From an uncultured virus (IMG/VR IMGVR_UViG_3300003937_000027) (Duplodnaviria; Heunggongvirae; Uroviricota; Caudoviricetes): a stretch of DNA of 64,000 nucleotides. A program made the translations under genes and the position numbers. The notes under the pieces are model-generated. The model was not told the origin of the DNA. It did not search any database and saw only the letters and a list, made by a program, of their open reading frames with translations. The stretch lies in IMG/VR virus record IMGVR_UViG_3300003937_000027; one strand, given 5' to 3'. Positions 9,385 through 19,356 of the stretch are shown piece by piece (the first letter of the stretch is position 1; every line of letters begins with the position of its first letter).

Positions 9385-9849
9385 ATGAGAATTATACTAA
9401 CAATTTTAGTGTGGTTTTCTATGTTTTCTATGACGAATGCTAGTGAATTAGGATTTAAATTTGATAGTCCATCGTTTTCTGGTCAAGGAAAGTCATCACA
9501 TTATTTAACAATTGAAAATATAGAGAAAACAAGAAAAGACGCAATTAAGGCTGCGAATAAAGCAGCAGCAGATAAAGTAATAGCAGACGCCAAGGCAACA
9601 GCCATAGCAAAATTCAAAGCAAATGTAGAGGCAAGATTCTATACAGCACTTGCTAAACAGCTTACAGATAATGTTTTCGGTACAGATGGTCTACAACAAG
9701 ACTCTGGTACATTTACATCACCAATTGGTGGTGAAGTAGTTACTTGGGCAACAACAACAACAGGTAATAATGATACTGTAACCGTAACTGTTACAGAATC
9801 AGATGGTACCGTAACAACATTTACAATGCCTAAAGAGGACAATTCATAA
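9385..9849 (+). CDS. csgF: curli assembly protein CsgF-like
   Basis: Signal peptide, ASEL.FKF.SPSFSG mature N-terminus, C-terminal V.VT..DGT.T; precedes csgG. Confidence 0.8.
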   Translation: MRIILTILVWFSMFSMTNASELGFKFDSPSFSGQGKSSHYLTIENIEKTRKDAIKAANKAAADKVIADAKATAIAKFKANVEARFYTALAKQLTDNVFGTDGLQQDSGTFTSPIGGEVVTWATTTTGNNDTVTVTVTESDGTVTTFTMPKEDNS

Positions 9850-10886
9850 TGTTAAGAGCAATAGGAATATTTTTATTAACATTGTTGTTAGTTAGTTGTG
9901 CTGGAAGACCTGATTTTGATGTACGAACCCAACCTGTACAATATAAAGATTTAACTGAAATCAAATCACCAAAAGGCGATCCAATAGTGATTGCAGTTTA
10001 TGATTTCCTAGATATGACAGGACAAAAGAAACCAGGTGGTAACTTTGCCTCAATGAGTACAGCGGTTACTCAAGGATCATATCAGTTATTAATTAAAGCA
10101 TTACAGGATGCAGGTGATGGTAATTGGTTTAAAGTAGTAGAAAGAACAAGTCTCCCAAGTCTATTACAAGAAAGAAAACTAATTAGGTCTACAAGACAAC
10201 AAGTTAATGGAGAAGGTGCAGAACCTTTACCACCATTATTATTTGCAGGTGCATATATCACAGGTGGTATAGTAGGTTACGATTCAGATATTAAATCTGG
10301 TGGTGTTGGTGCTAGAATTTTAGGCATACAAGCACATAAACAATGGCGACAAGATGTAGTTACTGTTATATTAAGACTAGTTAATGTACAAACTGGTGAA
10401 GTAGTTGTATCAATTACTGTTGAGAAAACTATAATTTCAGGTGAAACTGGTGGCGATATATTTAAATATTTAGATACTGATACAATGTTATTAGAAGTTG
10501 AAGCTGGTGTTGCTAGAAATGAACCTGTTACTTATGCAGTAAGAAAAGCAATTGAAAAAGGTGTAGTAGAATTAATTAATGAAGGTGCTAAAAAAGATTT
10601 ATGGGAATTTGATATACCAGTTGTAGAAATTACTGAAAAAAAAGTAATAGATTATACAAATAATACTGAAATAGGTGTACACGTTGATATGGGAGTGGTA
10701 AAAGAGGAAAAGACTTACGAAGAATACCTTGAAGAAAAGAAATTAAAAGAAGAAAACGAAGTAGCAGACGAGAAATTAAAAACAGAAGCTGCTGAAGAAG
10801 AATGGAACCAAATAGATACAGACGAGGAGGAGCAAGATGAAAAAACTGATAATGATTCTAGTGACTCTGGTAACCCTAACCAGTAA
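9849..10886 (+). CDS. csgG: curli secretion channel CsgG lipoprotein with acidic C-terminal tail
   Basis: Lipobox LVSC; IAVYDF.D.TGQ.K, STAVTQG, WF.VVER..L..LLQER..IR, GGIVGYD, LRLV.V.TGEV, NEPV..AV. Confidence 0.92.
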   Translation: MLRAIGIFLLTLLLVSCAGRPDFDVRTQPVQYKDLTEIKSPKGDPIVIAVYDFLDMTGQKKPGGNFASMSTAVTQGSYQLLIKALQDAGDGNWFKVVERTSLPSLLQERKLIRSTRQQVNGEGAEPLPPLLFAGAYITGGIVGYDSDIKSGGVGARILGIQAHKQWRQDVVTVILRLVNVQTGEVVVSITVEKTIISGETGGDIFKYLDTDTMLLEVEAGVARNEPVTYAVRKAIEKGVVELINEGAKKDLWEFDIPVVEITEKKVIDYTNNTEIGVHVDMGVVKEEKTYEEYLEEKKLKEENEVADEKLKTEAAEEEWNQIDTDEEEQDEKTDNDSSDSGNPNQ

Positions 10887-11931
10887 TTGCTGGGCAGGTA
10901 ATTCAGTTTGGATTCAGCAAGATAACCAAAACAGCAACAACTCTATCTTTATAAAACAAGATGGTACAGGCAACACGGTTGGTTATAGCACATCATATCC
11001 ATTTAAAATAGATGGAGAGAACATCACCATCATCATTAAACAAATAGGCGACAATAATAAAACTGATTGGTCAAATCATAACTCTTTTAAAGGTGATGAT
11101 ATGACTTTTGATTATACAGCAACTGGTGATTCTAATACATTGAGACCAGATATTGATGATACAGGTGCTGATGGTCATTATTATGACATAGATATTACAG
11201 GTGATTCAAACAATGTAGATTTTGATACTTGGACGGCCGATGATGTACAGAAAACTAATGTTGATTTAGATATTACAGGTGACTCAAATGTTTTTTGGGT
11301 GCGTAGTAGAGGTGATGGTCATTTCTGGTATGTTCTTATGTCTGGCGACTCAAATAATGTACAAATTTATACCACAGCAGATTCAGTAGGATTTAATACA
11401 AACTCCAATAAGGCTATTGGTCCACAAACAACATCACACGGACAATTTGCAGATAGTTCAGGTAGTGAAGGCGCAAGTGCCGACATTTATATTATTGGTA
11501 ATTCCAATACACTACACACTTCATCATACGGTACAGGCAATTATCAACTACACGATATTATAGGTAATGATAATCTTTTAGATATTCATTCTAGTTATAC
11601 TAGTGCCGATAGCGACCCATATGGAGATACAATGACGATATTAGGTGATAGCAATTGGTTAAGAACAATAATAAATGGTGATGATAACACAATAAGATTA
11701 CATATGGCAGGTGGAAATAATACTGCTAGAATTTTCCTTTATACAGATGATTCAGTAATAAACTTTGCTCAAGTGGGTGGTGGTAATACTGGTAAGGTAA
11801 CTATCACAGGTGATTCAATTTACGATTACACATTAAACTTTTCACAAGACGGTTCAGATAATTGTACATACTCATATAATAGAAATAATCAAACAGCAGA
11901 CGTAACTGCTACAGTATCAAACGGTTGTTAA
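10837..11931 (+). CDS. secreted curlin-like beta-solenoid repeat protein
   Basis: Signal peptide; repeated I.Q.G..N and I.GDSN units; N/D/G/T/S-rich. Confidence 0.65.
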   Translation: MKKLIMILVTLVTLTSNCWAGNSVWIQQDNQNSNNSIFIKQDGTGNTVGYSTSYPFKIDGENITIIIKQIGDNNKTDWSNHNSFKGDDMTFDYTATGDSNTLRPDIDDTGADGHYYDIDITGDSNNVDFDTWTADDVQKTNVDLDITGDSNVFWVRSRGDGHFWYVLMSGDSNNVQIYTTADSVGFNTNSNKAIGPQTTSHGQFADSSGSEGASADIYIIGNSNTLHTSSYGTGNYQLHDIIGNDNLLDIHSSYTSADSDPYGDTMTILGDSNWLRTIINGDDNTIRLHMAGGNNTARIFLYTDDSVINFAQVGGGNTGKVTITGDSIYDYTLNFSQDGSDNCTYSYNRNNQTADVTATVSNGC

Positions 11932-11932
11932 A

Positions 11933-13981
11933 ATGAAGAAGTTATTTTTATTAGTATCAATCTTGGTACTTTTATGTACTAGTCTTTCCTCAGCACAAAT
12001 AACAGGACCTAAAGTAGGTACTGTATCAGGCCAAATGGGTACTACTTGGAATGAGCGTGATGGTCAAACTGAAAATACAGCAATGGGTTATGAGTTGCAG
12101 ATGAACGACTTTCTCCAAACTGGAGAAGATGGTGGTATGATTTTATCTTACGTTGATGATACTAAATTTACAATGGGACCAAATACAGAATTAGTTATTG
12201 ATGAATTTGCTTTTGATACTTCTTCTGTACCAATTGAAATTGCAATGAACATATCAGTTAATGTAGGTTCATTTACATATGAATCAGGTCAAGTATCCAA
12301 TTTAGGTGGTGAAGTTAATATCAATGCTGGATTCGCTACAGTTACAGTACAAGGTACTGCCTTTTCAGGAACAGTTGACACTAGTGGTGAGGTTACAATT
12401 ACCTTACTACCAGATAGTGATGGTGATATAGGGTCTGTAACGGTCTCTAATGACGCAGGTTCTCAAACCATAACTAACGCATACAATTCAGTAACAGTTG
12501 TGTCAAACGACCTGACACCAACTCCTCCAAAGATAGAAACTAATAAATCAGACATTATTGAGTTAGAAGAATTTGAAGAAGATATAAAAGATGAATCAAC
12601 AAAAACTTTTGGTGATGTAGATAAAAAATCTGAATTGTCTAAAGACGAACAAGAAGCTCAGGAAATGGAAGAGGCGATAATAAATGAAGAGGCAAGTATT
12701 GTAGAAAATAGTGATACAATTGTTGCTACAGATTTATCTGCTAGTGAAGCAGATACAATGATTGAAACAAAATCAGTAGAAGAAAATACTTTAGTTGAAG
12801 TAGATGAAGTTGATACATCTTACTATGATGAATGGGAAGATGATTTAAAAGATTGGGGTTATATAGATGAAGACAACCAGATTTCAGTTTGGGATGCCGG
12901 CTGTAGATTGGGACGAATATTCGGACAAATATAATGAACTATTAGAAGACTATGGTTTAACTTCTTGGAATGTTGATGTAGATGAACAAGATGTTGTTGA
13001 AGATACAAAAGATGAAACAGAAGCAACTGTTGTTGAAGGATATACTTGGGAAGATTTTGCTTTAGATGATGACTATTATAATAATAATGAATACAAAAAC
13101 GCAGGTGGTCCTCCGACATTAACAGTACAAAACTATTGTGAGTACAATGGCTATGATGATTACTGGTGTAACCAAGATTATGTTGATTATCTAAATGACT
13201 GGTACAAAGATGATTGGACTTTAAAAGTAACCAATGATAGTTGGACTAAAGAATCTAAAAAGATATTTGGTAAACTATATGGTTGGTGTGGAAGTTGGCC
13301 AAACTATAAAATGTGTGATGACCAAACTATAAAATGTGTGATGACCAGCCTAAACCTTGGAAGATGAAAGACTTAAAGAAGACTTATATAACTAATTGGA
13401 GTTGGGACGATTGGGACATATATTGGGACGCATTATACGATTGGTGGTGGACAGGTTACGATTATAATAATGAAGATGATGAGAGTAATTGGGAAGATGA
13501 ATATTCTTATGAAGATGACTATGATATAGACGCAGAATTGGAAATATTATTAGCAAGTTATGATGAGGAAGATTGTTTAAATTATGGATACTATTGGGAC
13601 AATGCAAATCAATCCTGTGGTACAGAATGGGTTGACAATAGTGGTTCAGAAACACAGGTAACTGCTAGTGGTGAAACTTTAAATTATACTACTGGAGATG
13701 TAACTCAAACTTTAACTACAACAAGTGGTGGTGTGTCAACAAGTACCACTTCAACAGGAAGAGTTTCAACGTTAGATAACGACTTTAACGCAACAGCTTC
13801 AACCTCTGGTGATTACACAATCATAAATAGATATAACGACAATCATAGGGCTTATATTAAGGTTGAAACTTCCAAGACAGCTGATATTCAAATTTTACAA
13901 GATTCAGAAGCACAGAATATAGATGTTGGCGATATTATACCTCCTGGATACCCATACATAACAATAATACAGACGGACTAA
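11933..13981 (+). pseudogene. FecR-domain protein with D/W/Y-rich middle and curlin-like C-terminus, split into three ORFs (11933..12934, 12867..13367, 13334..13981) by two frameshifts
   Basis: FecR N-terminus (L.MND.LQTGEDG...DDTKFTMGPNTEL.IDEF...TV.V.GT.F); same composition continues across frames; 23-bp tandem duplication at the second break. Confidence 0.7.
13299..13344 (+). repeat. perfect 23-bp tandem duplication CCAAACTATAAAATGTGTGATGA x2
   Basis: Read directly; removing one copy fuses the 12867 and 13334 ORFs (WPNYKMCDDQPKPW). Confidence 0.95.
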
Positions 13982-13983
13982 CT

Positions 13984-14076
13984 ATGGACTACGGAACTAT
14001 AAATTTATTAATAATATTCGGTTTATTAATTTGGATGAATTGGTCTATTAACAAATGGATAGATAGGAATTTTTAA
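13984..14076 (+). CDS. 30-aa single-TM peptide (not in ORF track)
   Basis: MDYGTINLLIIFGLLIWMNWSINKWIDRNF fills the gap exactly. Confidence 0.45.
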   Translation: MDYGTINLLIIFGLLIWMNWSINKWIDRNF

Positions 14077-14535
14077 ATGGCGGATAGTGATATTCAAAAA
14101 TTAAACACACAATTACAAGTCTTAAAAAATGAAGTAGGACAAGTATCAACTGTTAACTCAAAACTTGATCAGGCAATAGATAAACTAACAGATATTTCTG
14201 CTAGTATTAAATCTATGTTGGCTGTACACGAAGAAAAATTAGCAAAGCAAGAAGAAATAGATAAAGCGATATTCAATTTATTAGAAAATCGTAGAGTTGA
14301 AAGTGACAATAAATTTGAAGATATACACGGCAGATTGAATAAGTCTGTTGATAATTTAAGACAAGAAGTTGAACTATCAGAAAAGCGTTTAATGTGTGAA
14401 ATTAAGACTTTAGCGTCAAATTTAGACGGTAGGATCGGCGTGTTTGAGAAATATAGATATATCATCATAGGTGCCTCAATCATCATAGGACTGTCTATGC
14501 CATCTATATTAAGTGTCTTAAAGATAGTAGGGTAA
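14077..14535 (+). CDS. coiled-coil protein with C-terminal TM
   Basis: LDQAIDKL...MLAVHEEKL motif common upstream of primase in T4-like phages. Confidence 0.65.
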   Translation: MADSDIQKLNTQLQVLKNEVGQVSTVNSKLDQAIDKLTDISASIKSMLAVHEEKLAKQEEIDKAIFNLLENRRVESDNKFEDIHGRLNKSVDNLRQEVELSEKRLMCEIKTLASNLDGRIGVFEKYRYIIIGASIIIGLSMPSILSVLKIVG

Positions 14536-14540
14536 ACTGC

Positions 14541-14569
14541 TTGACTTTTTCACATATATAGTATATACT
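14541..14569 (+). promoter_or_regulatory. sigma70-type promoter (TTGACT-17-TATACT) for primase
   Basis: Consensus-like hexamers with 17-nt spacing. Confidence 0.7.
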
Positions 14570-14576
14570 TTTTGTT

Positions 14577-15599
14577 ATGAGTGGTTACATTGATTTAAAT
14601 TATATATCTAAAATACAGCCGAGATTACAACAGTTTAAAAAGAAAAGAGATTATCTTTTCAATTTTAGATGTCCAGTTTGCGGAGATTCTAAAAAATCTA
14701 AAACAAAAGCAAGAGCATATCTTTATAGAGTTAAAAATGATATGTTTTTTAAATGTCATAATTGTAGTGCTTCACACAATTTGGCTAATCTTATAAAATT
14801 AGTTGACAGACCTCTATATGATGAATATATTTTAGAAAGATATAAGGGTAGTAAACCTACCAATGAACAAAGTCTATTTGATAAATTCAAAACAGACACA
14901 AAAGCAAAATTAAAATCTACACCCCTACAAGGCCTTACAGCCTTTAGTACTTTGGAGGATACACATCCTGCAAAAAAATATTTGCTAAAAAGAAAAATAC
15001 CAAAGGATTACTTTGATAGATTATATTATTGCGACAAGTTTCAAGCCTTTGTAAATAAGGTGCGTCCAGGGACTTTCACCTCCCTAAATACACTTACAAG
15101 ATACGAACATCCGAGATTGATTATACCATTTTATGATGTTGACAATGAAGTCTTTGCTTTGCAAGGACGATCATTTGGGAAAGAACAGCCAAAATATCTA
15201 ACAATTAAACTACAGGAAAACAAACAAAAAATATTTGGACTTGAACGAGTAAATCTTCATAATACTTTATACATAGTTGAAGGTCCGTTAGATAGTTTAT
15301 TTTTAGATAATTGTCTTGCTGCTGGTGGGGCTGACTTACAACTACCTGTTGAAAAAAAGGATGTTGTTTTTATATTTGATAATGAGCCGAGAAATAAAGA
15401 GATAATAGATAGAATGTATAAAATGATTGATAAGACTTATATGATAGTAATATGGCCAGAAGGTACAAAGGAAAAAGATATTAACGAAATGATAGTGAAC
15501 GGCAAGACAAAAGAAGAAATACAAAATATTATATCAGATAATACCTATTCAGGTTTATCAGCAATCACACAACTAAATTCATACAAACGCATAAGTTAA
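14577..15599 (+). CDS. gp61: DNA primase
   Basis: NFRCPVCGDS zinc finger, FKCHNC, RLIIPF, YIVEGPLDSLF, FDNEPRN, KDINEM. Confidence 0.95.
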   Translation: MSGYIDLNYISKIQPRLQQFKKKRDYLFNFRCPVCGDSKKSKTKARAYLYRVKNDMFFKCHNCSASHNLANLIKLVDRPLYDEYILERYKGSKPTNEQSLFDKFKTDTKAKLKSTPLQGLTAFSTLEDTHPAKKYLLKRKIPKDYFDRLYYCDKFQAFVNKVRPGTFTSLNTLTRYEHPRLIIPFYDVDNEVFALQGRSFGKEQPKYLTIKLQENKQKIFGLERVNLHNTLYIVEGPLDSLFLDNCLAAGGADLQLPVEKKDVVFIFDNEPRNKEIIDRMYKMIDKTYMIVIWPEGTKEKDINEMIVNGKTKEEIQNIISDNTYSGLSAITQLNSYKRIS

Positions 15600-15607
15600 G
15601 GAGTAAT

Positions 15608-17935
15608 ATGGTAAGCACAGGATACGAGTCTATTAATGTCAATAAAAGAAATGGAAGAAAAAGCGAACCCCTTAACATTGATAAGATACACGAAATGGTG
15701 GAGTATGCTTGTGAAGATATAACAGGTGTATCAGCTTCACAGGTAGAAATGAATAGTGGCTTACAATTTTATGATGGAATATCTACCAACGAAATACAAC
15801 AAATTTTAATAAAATCAGCTGCAGATTTAATTTCATTAGAAACTCCTAACTACACTTATGTAGCATCCAGATTACTACTTTACAGTTTAAGAAAACAAGT
15901 TATACACAAATTATGGGACCATCCACACTTTTATGACCACGTAAAAAAAGTTGTAGATTCAGGTTTATATGATAAAGAAGTAACTACACATTATCAAAGA
16001 AAAGATTTTGATAGAATGGAGAACTGGATTAATCATAATAGAGATTATGATTTTACCTATGCAGGTTTAAGACAAGTTATAGACAAATATTTAGTACAAG
16101 ATAGGAGCATTAATACAATATATGAAACACCGCAGTTTATGTATATGATGATTGCTGCTACTCTCTTTGCAAAATATCCAACAGAAAGGAGAATGTCATA
16201 TGTTAAAAAATATTATGACGCAATTAGTCAATTCAAAATCAATATACCTACGCCTGTTATGGCTGGTGTTCGTACTCCTCTTCGGCAGTATGCGAGTTGT
16301 GTATTGGTTGATATTGATGATACCTTACCTTCTATTTTCTCTGGCGATATGGCCATTGGAAGGTATATCGCACAAAGAGCTGGAATCGGAATCAATGCTG
16401 GAAGAATACGAGGTATCAATAGCAGGATCCGAGGGGGAGAGGTCCAACATACTGGAGTTATACCTTTTCTTAAAAAGTTTGAAGCTACGGTTAAGTGTTG
16501 CACTCAAAATGGAGTTAGAGGCGGTTCAGCAACTGTACACTTCCCTATCTGGCACCAAGAAATAGCAGACATTATAGTCTTAAAAAATAATAAAGGTAGT
16601 GAAGATAATAGAGTTAGAAAATTAGACTACTCTATACAACTATCTAAATTATTTTATGAAAGATTTATTAATGAAGAAGAAATAACATTATTCTCACCAC
16701 ACGAAGTTCCTGAATTATATGAAGCGTGGGGTACACCAGAGTTTGATGAACTTTATGTAAAGGCAGAAAGAAAAATAAGTGTTAATAAAAAGAAAGTATC
16801 AGCACAAACTTTATTTTTTGATATTTTAAAAGAAAGAGCAGAAACAGGTCGTATATACATAATGAATATTGACCATTGTAATACTCACTCCTCTTTTAAA
16901 GATAAGGTGACTATGAGTAACCTATGCCAAGAAATTACTTTACCAACCACTCCAATACAACACATTGATGGAGAAGGTGAAATTGCTTTATGTATTTTAT
17001 CTGCCATCAATGTGGGTAAAATAAACCAATATGATGACTTACAATCATTGTGTGATTTAGCAGTTAGGGCTTTAGATGAAATTATAGATCACCAAAAATA
17101 TCCAATTAATGCAGCTGAAGTTTCTACAAAAGCGAGAAGAAGTTTAGGTGTTGGTTATATTGGACTTGCTCATTATCTTGCTAAAAAAGGATACAAATAT
17201 GACCAGAAATTAGCTTGGAGAGAAGTTGATAAATTATCAGAAGCATTCCAATATTTCTTATTAAGTGCTAGTGTTAAACTTGCAAAAGAAAAAGGACCTT
17301 GCTCAGCATTTAAACAAACAAAATATGCTGATGGTATATTACCTATTGATACATATAAGAAAGATGTTGATGATATAGTTAAACGAGATTTAACATATGA
17401 TTGGGAATGGTTAAGAAAACAAATTAAAGAACACGGATTAAGACATAGTACATTATCAGCACAAATGCCAAGTGAGTCGTCTAGTGTTGTTTCAAATGCT
17501 ACAAATGGTATTGAACCACCTAGAGATTATTTGTCTGTTAAGAAATCTAAAAAGGGACCATTAAAACAGATTGTACCTGAATATAATAAATTAAAAAACT
17601 TTTATACCCTTCTTTGGGATATGAAAGGGAATGAAGGATACATAAATATCGTTGCAGTAATGCAAAAATATTTTGACCAAGCAATTAGTGGTAATTGGTC
17701 ATACAATCCTGAACATTATACAGAAGGTCAAGTGCCAATATCAAAAATGGCCGAAGATTTATTGACAACCTATAAATTAGGTTGGAAGACTTCTTATTAT
17801 CAAAACACTTATGATAGTAAGAGAGATGAAGATGAACCAGCACATCCTATTGGGTTCCATGACAATGTGTTAGATGATAAACAAGAAGTAAAAGAGGAAG
17901 ACGATCCAGAAAACTGTGATACGTGTACAATTTAA
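15608..17935 (+). CDS. nrdA: ribonucleotide reductase class Ia alpha subunit with ATP cone
   Basis: KRNG ATP cone, PTPVMAG, SNLCQEI, AQMPSESSS, C-terminal CDTC. Confidence 0.97.
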   Translation: MVSTGYESINVNKRNGRKSEPLNIDKIHEMVEYACEDITGVSASQVEMNSGLQFYDGISTNEIQQILIKSAADLISLETPNYTYVASRLLLYSLRKQVIHKLWDHPHFYDHVKKVVDSGLYDKEVTTHYQRKDFDRMENWINHNRDYDFTYAGLRQVIDKYLVQDRSINTIYETPQFMYMMIAATLFAKYPTERRMSYVKKYYDAISQFKINIPTPVMAGVRTPLRQYASCVLVDIDDTLPSIFSGDMAIGRYIAQRAGIGINAGRIRGINSRIRGGEVQHTGVIPFLKKFEATVKCCTQNGVRGGSATVHFPIWHQEIADIIVLKNNKGSEDNRVRKLDYSIQLSKLFYERFINEEEITLFSPHEVPELYEAWGTPEFDELYVKAERKISVNKKKVSAQTLFFDILKERAETGRIYIMNIDHCNTHSSFKDKVTMSNLCQEITLPTTPIQHIDGEGEIALCILSAINVGKINQYDDLQSLCDLAVRALDEIIDHQKYPINAAEVSTKARRSLGVGYIGLAHYLAKKGYKYDQKLAWREVDKLSEAFQYFLLSASVKLAKEKGPCSAFKQTKYADGILPIDTYKKDVDDIVKRDLTYDWEWLRKQIKEHGLRHSTLSAQMPSESSSVVSNATNGIEPPRDYLSVKKSKKGPLKQIVPEYNKLKNFYTLLWDMKGNEGYINIVAVMQKYFDQAISGNWSYNPEHYTEGQVPISKMAEDLLTTYKLGWKTSYYQNTYDSKRDEDEPAHPIGFHDNVLDDKQEVKEEDDPENCDTCTI

Positions 17936-18112
17936 ATGAAAAGAAAAAACAAAAAAATAAATAAGGTTGTATGTGACTCTTGGCCACATCCACATTCATA
18001 TGAAAGTCTATATGATTGTATAGTATCAGACCAAGTACCAGCTGAAGATATAGCATTTTACTTTGAAGATATGGGATTTAAAAAGTATTACGATAATAGA
18101 GAAAGTATTTAA
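17936..18112 (+). CDS. small hypothetical protein (not in ORF track)
   Basis: 58 aa MKRKNKK...YESLYDCIVSDQVPAEDIAFYF. Confidence 0.5.
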   Translation: MKRKNKKINKVVCDSWPHPHSYESLYDCIVSDQVPAEDIAFYFEDMGFKKYYDNRESI

Positions 18113-18250
18113 ATGGAAAAATGTAAGAACTGTAAATGTGAAGCTCATTGTCCCGAAACTTGTATGAATTGCAAGTGTAAGAAATGTGATTGTTCGGTTT
18201 GTGAGAAACCAAGACCAAATGTTAAAACAGGAGATGAAATAGTACAATAA
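18113..18250 (+). CDS. metallothionein-like Cys-rich peptide (not in ORF track)
   Basis: MEKCKNCKCEAHCPETCMNCKCKKCDCSVCEKPRPNVKTGDEIVQ: 10 Cys in the first 30 aa; stop overlaps the nrdB ATG. Confidence 0.65.
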   Translation: MEKCKNCKCEAHCPETCMNCKCKKCDCSVCEKPRPNVKTGDEIVQ

Positions 18251-19356
18251 TGAAAAGTGTATTTAATAAAAGTAAAAAACTAGACGCTACAAAACAACAA
18301 ATGTTTTTTGGTCCTGATTTAGCAGTACAAAGATATGATACGTTTAAATATCCTGTCTTTGATAGATTGGCACAACAACAATTAGGGTTCTTTTGGAGAC
18401 CAGAAGAAGTATCTTTACAAAAAGATAGAAACGATTATAATGAATTATCTGAAGCACAAAAGTTTATATTTACAAGTAATTTAAAATATCAAACAATGTT
18501 AGATAGTGTACAAGGTAGAGGACCTTGTTTAGCATTCTTACCTTTTGTTTCTTTACCAGAACTAGAAGGTTGTATAGTTGCTTGGGATTTCTTTGAAACA
18601 ATCCATAGTAGAAGTTACACATATATTATCAAAAATTTATATTCAAATCCTAGTGAAGTTTTTGATACTATAATAGAAGATGAAAAGATAGAGAAAAGAT
18701 CAAAGTCAGTTACAGAAGCATATGACCATTTGATTCATTTAGGTTATAAGTATCAATTAAATCCTAAATCAGTTAATGAATATGATTTAAAGAAAGCATT
18801 ATATTTAGCAATGATAACTGTAAATGTATTAGAAGGAATAAGATTTTATGTTTCATTTGCTTGCTCATTTGCATTTGGAGAACTTAAATTATTAGAAGGT
18901 TCAGCAAAAATTATTTCAATGATTGCTAGAGATGAGAGTCAACACCTTGCAATGTCACAACAAATTCTTAACTTATATAAAAACAAAGAGAACGATAAAG
19001 TGATGTTAAAAATAATTAAAGATACAGAAAAAGAAGTTTATAAAATTTATGATGAAGCTGTACAAGAAGAAAAACGTTGGGCGACCCATTTGTTTTCACA
19101 AGGCAGTATGATTGGATTATCAGAAAAATTATTACACCAATATGTTGAATATATAGCAAATAGAAGAATGAGAGCAATAGGATTAGAACAAAAGTATGAG
19201 CAATCATCAGCAAATAATCCATTACCTTGGACGACACATTGGTTGAATAGTAGATCACAACAAAACGCACCACAAGAAACTGAAATAGAAAGTTATGTAA
19301 TTGGTGGTGTTAAACAAGATGTTATAAAGGATCAATTTAAAAAGTTTAAACTATAA
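18250..19356 (+). CDS. nrdB: ribonucleotide reductase class Ia beta subunit
   Basis: FFWRPEEV, LDSVQGR, ETIHSRSYT, LEGIRFYVSF, RDESQH, APQETE. Confidence 0.97.
   Translation: MKSVFNKSKKLDATKQQMFFGPDLAVQRYDTFKYPVFDRLAQQQLGFFWRPEEVSLQKDRNDYNELSEAQKFIFTSNLKYQTMLDSVQGRGPCLAFLPFVSLPELEGCIVAWDFFETIHSRSYTYIIKNLYSNPSEVFDTIIEDEKIEKRSKSVTEAYDHLIHLGYKYQLNPKSVNEYDLKKALYLAMITVNVLEGIRFYVSFACSFAFGELKLLEGSAKIISMIARDESQHLAMSQQILNLYKNKENDKVMLKIIKDTEKEVYKIYDEAVQEEKRWATHLFSQGSMIGLSEKLLHQYVEYIANRRMRAIGLEQKYEQSSANNPLPWTTHWLNSRSQQNAPQETEIESYVIGGVKQDVIKDQFKKFKL

Noticed and set aside
16152..16565. Alternative-frame and antisense ORFs inside nrdA and other core genes
   Set aside because: Shadow ORFs with no RBS or recognisable motif
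15608..19356. Introns or inteins in nrdA/nrdB
   Set aside because: Both ORFs are continuous and of normal length
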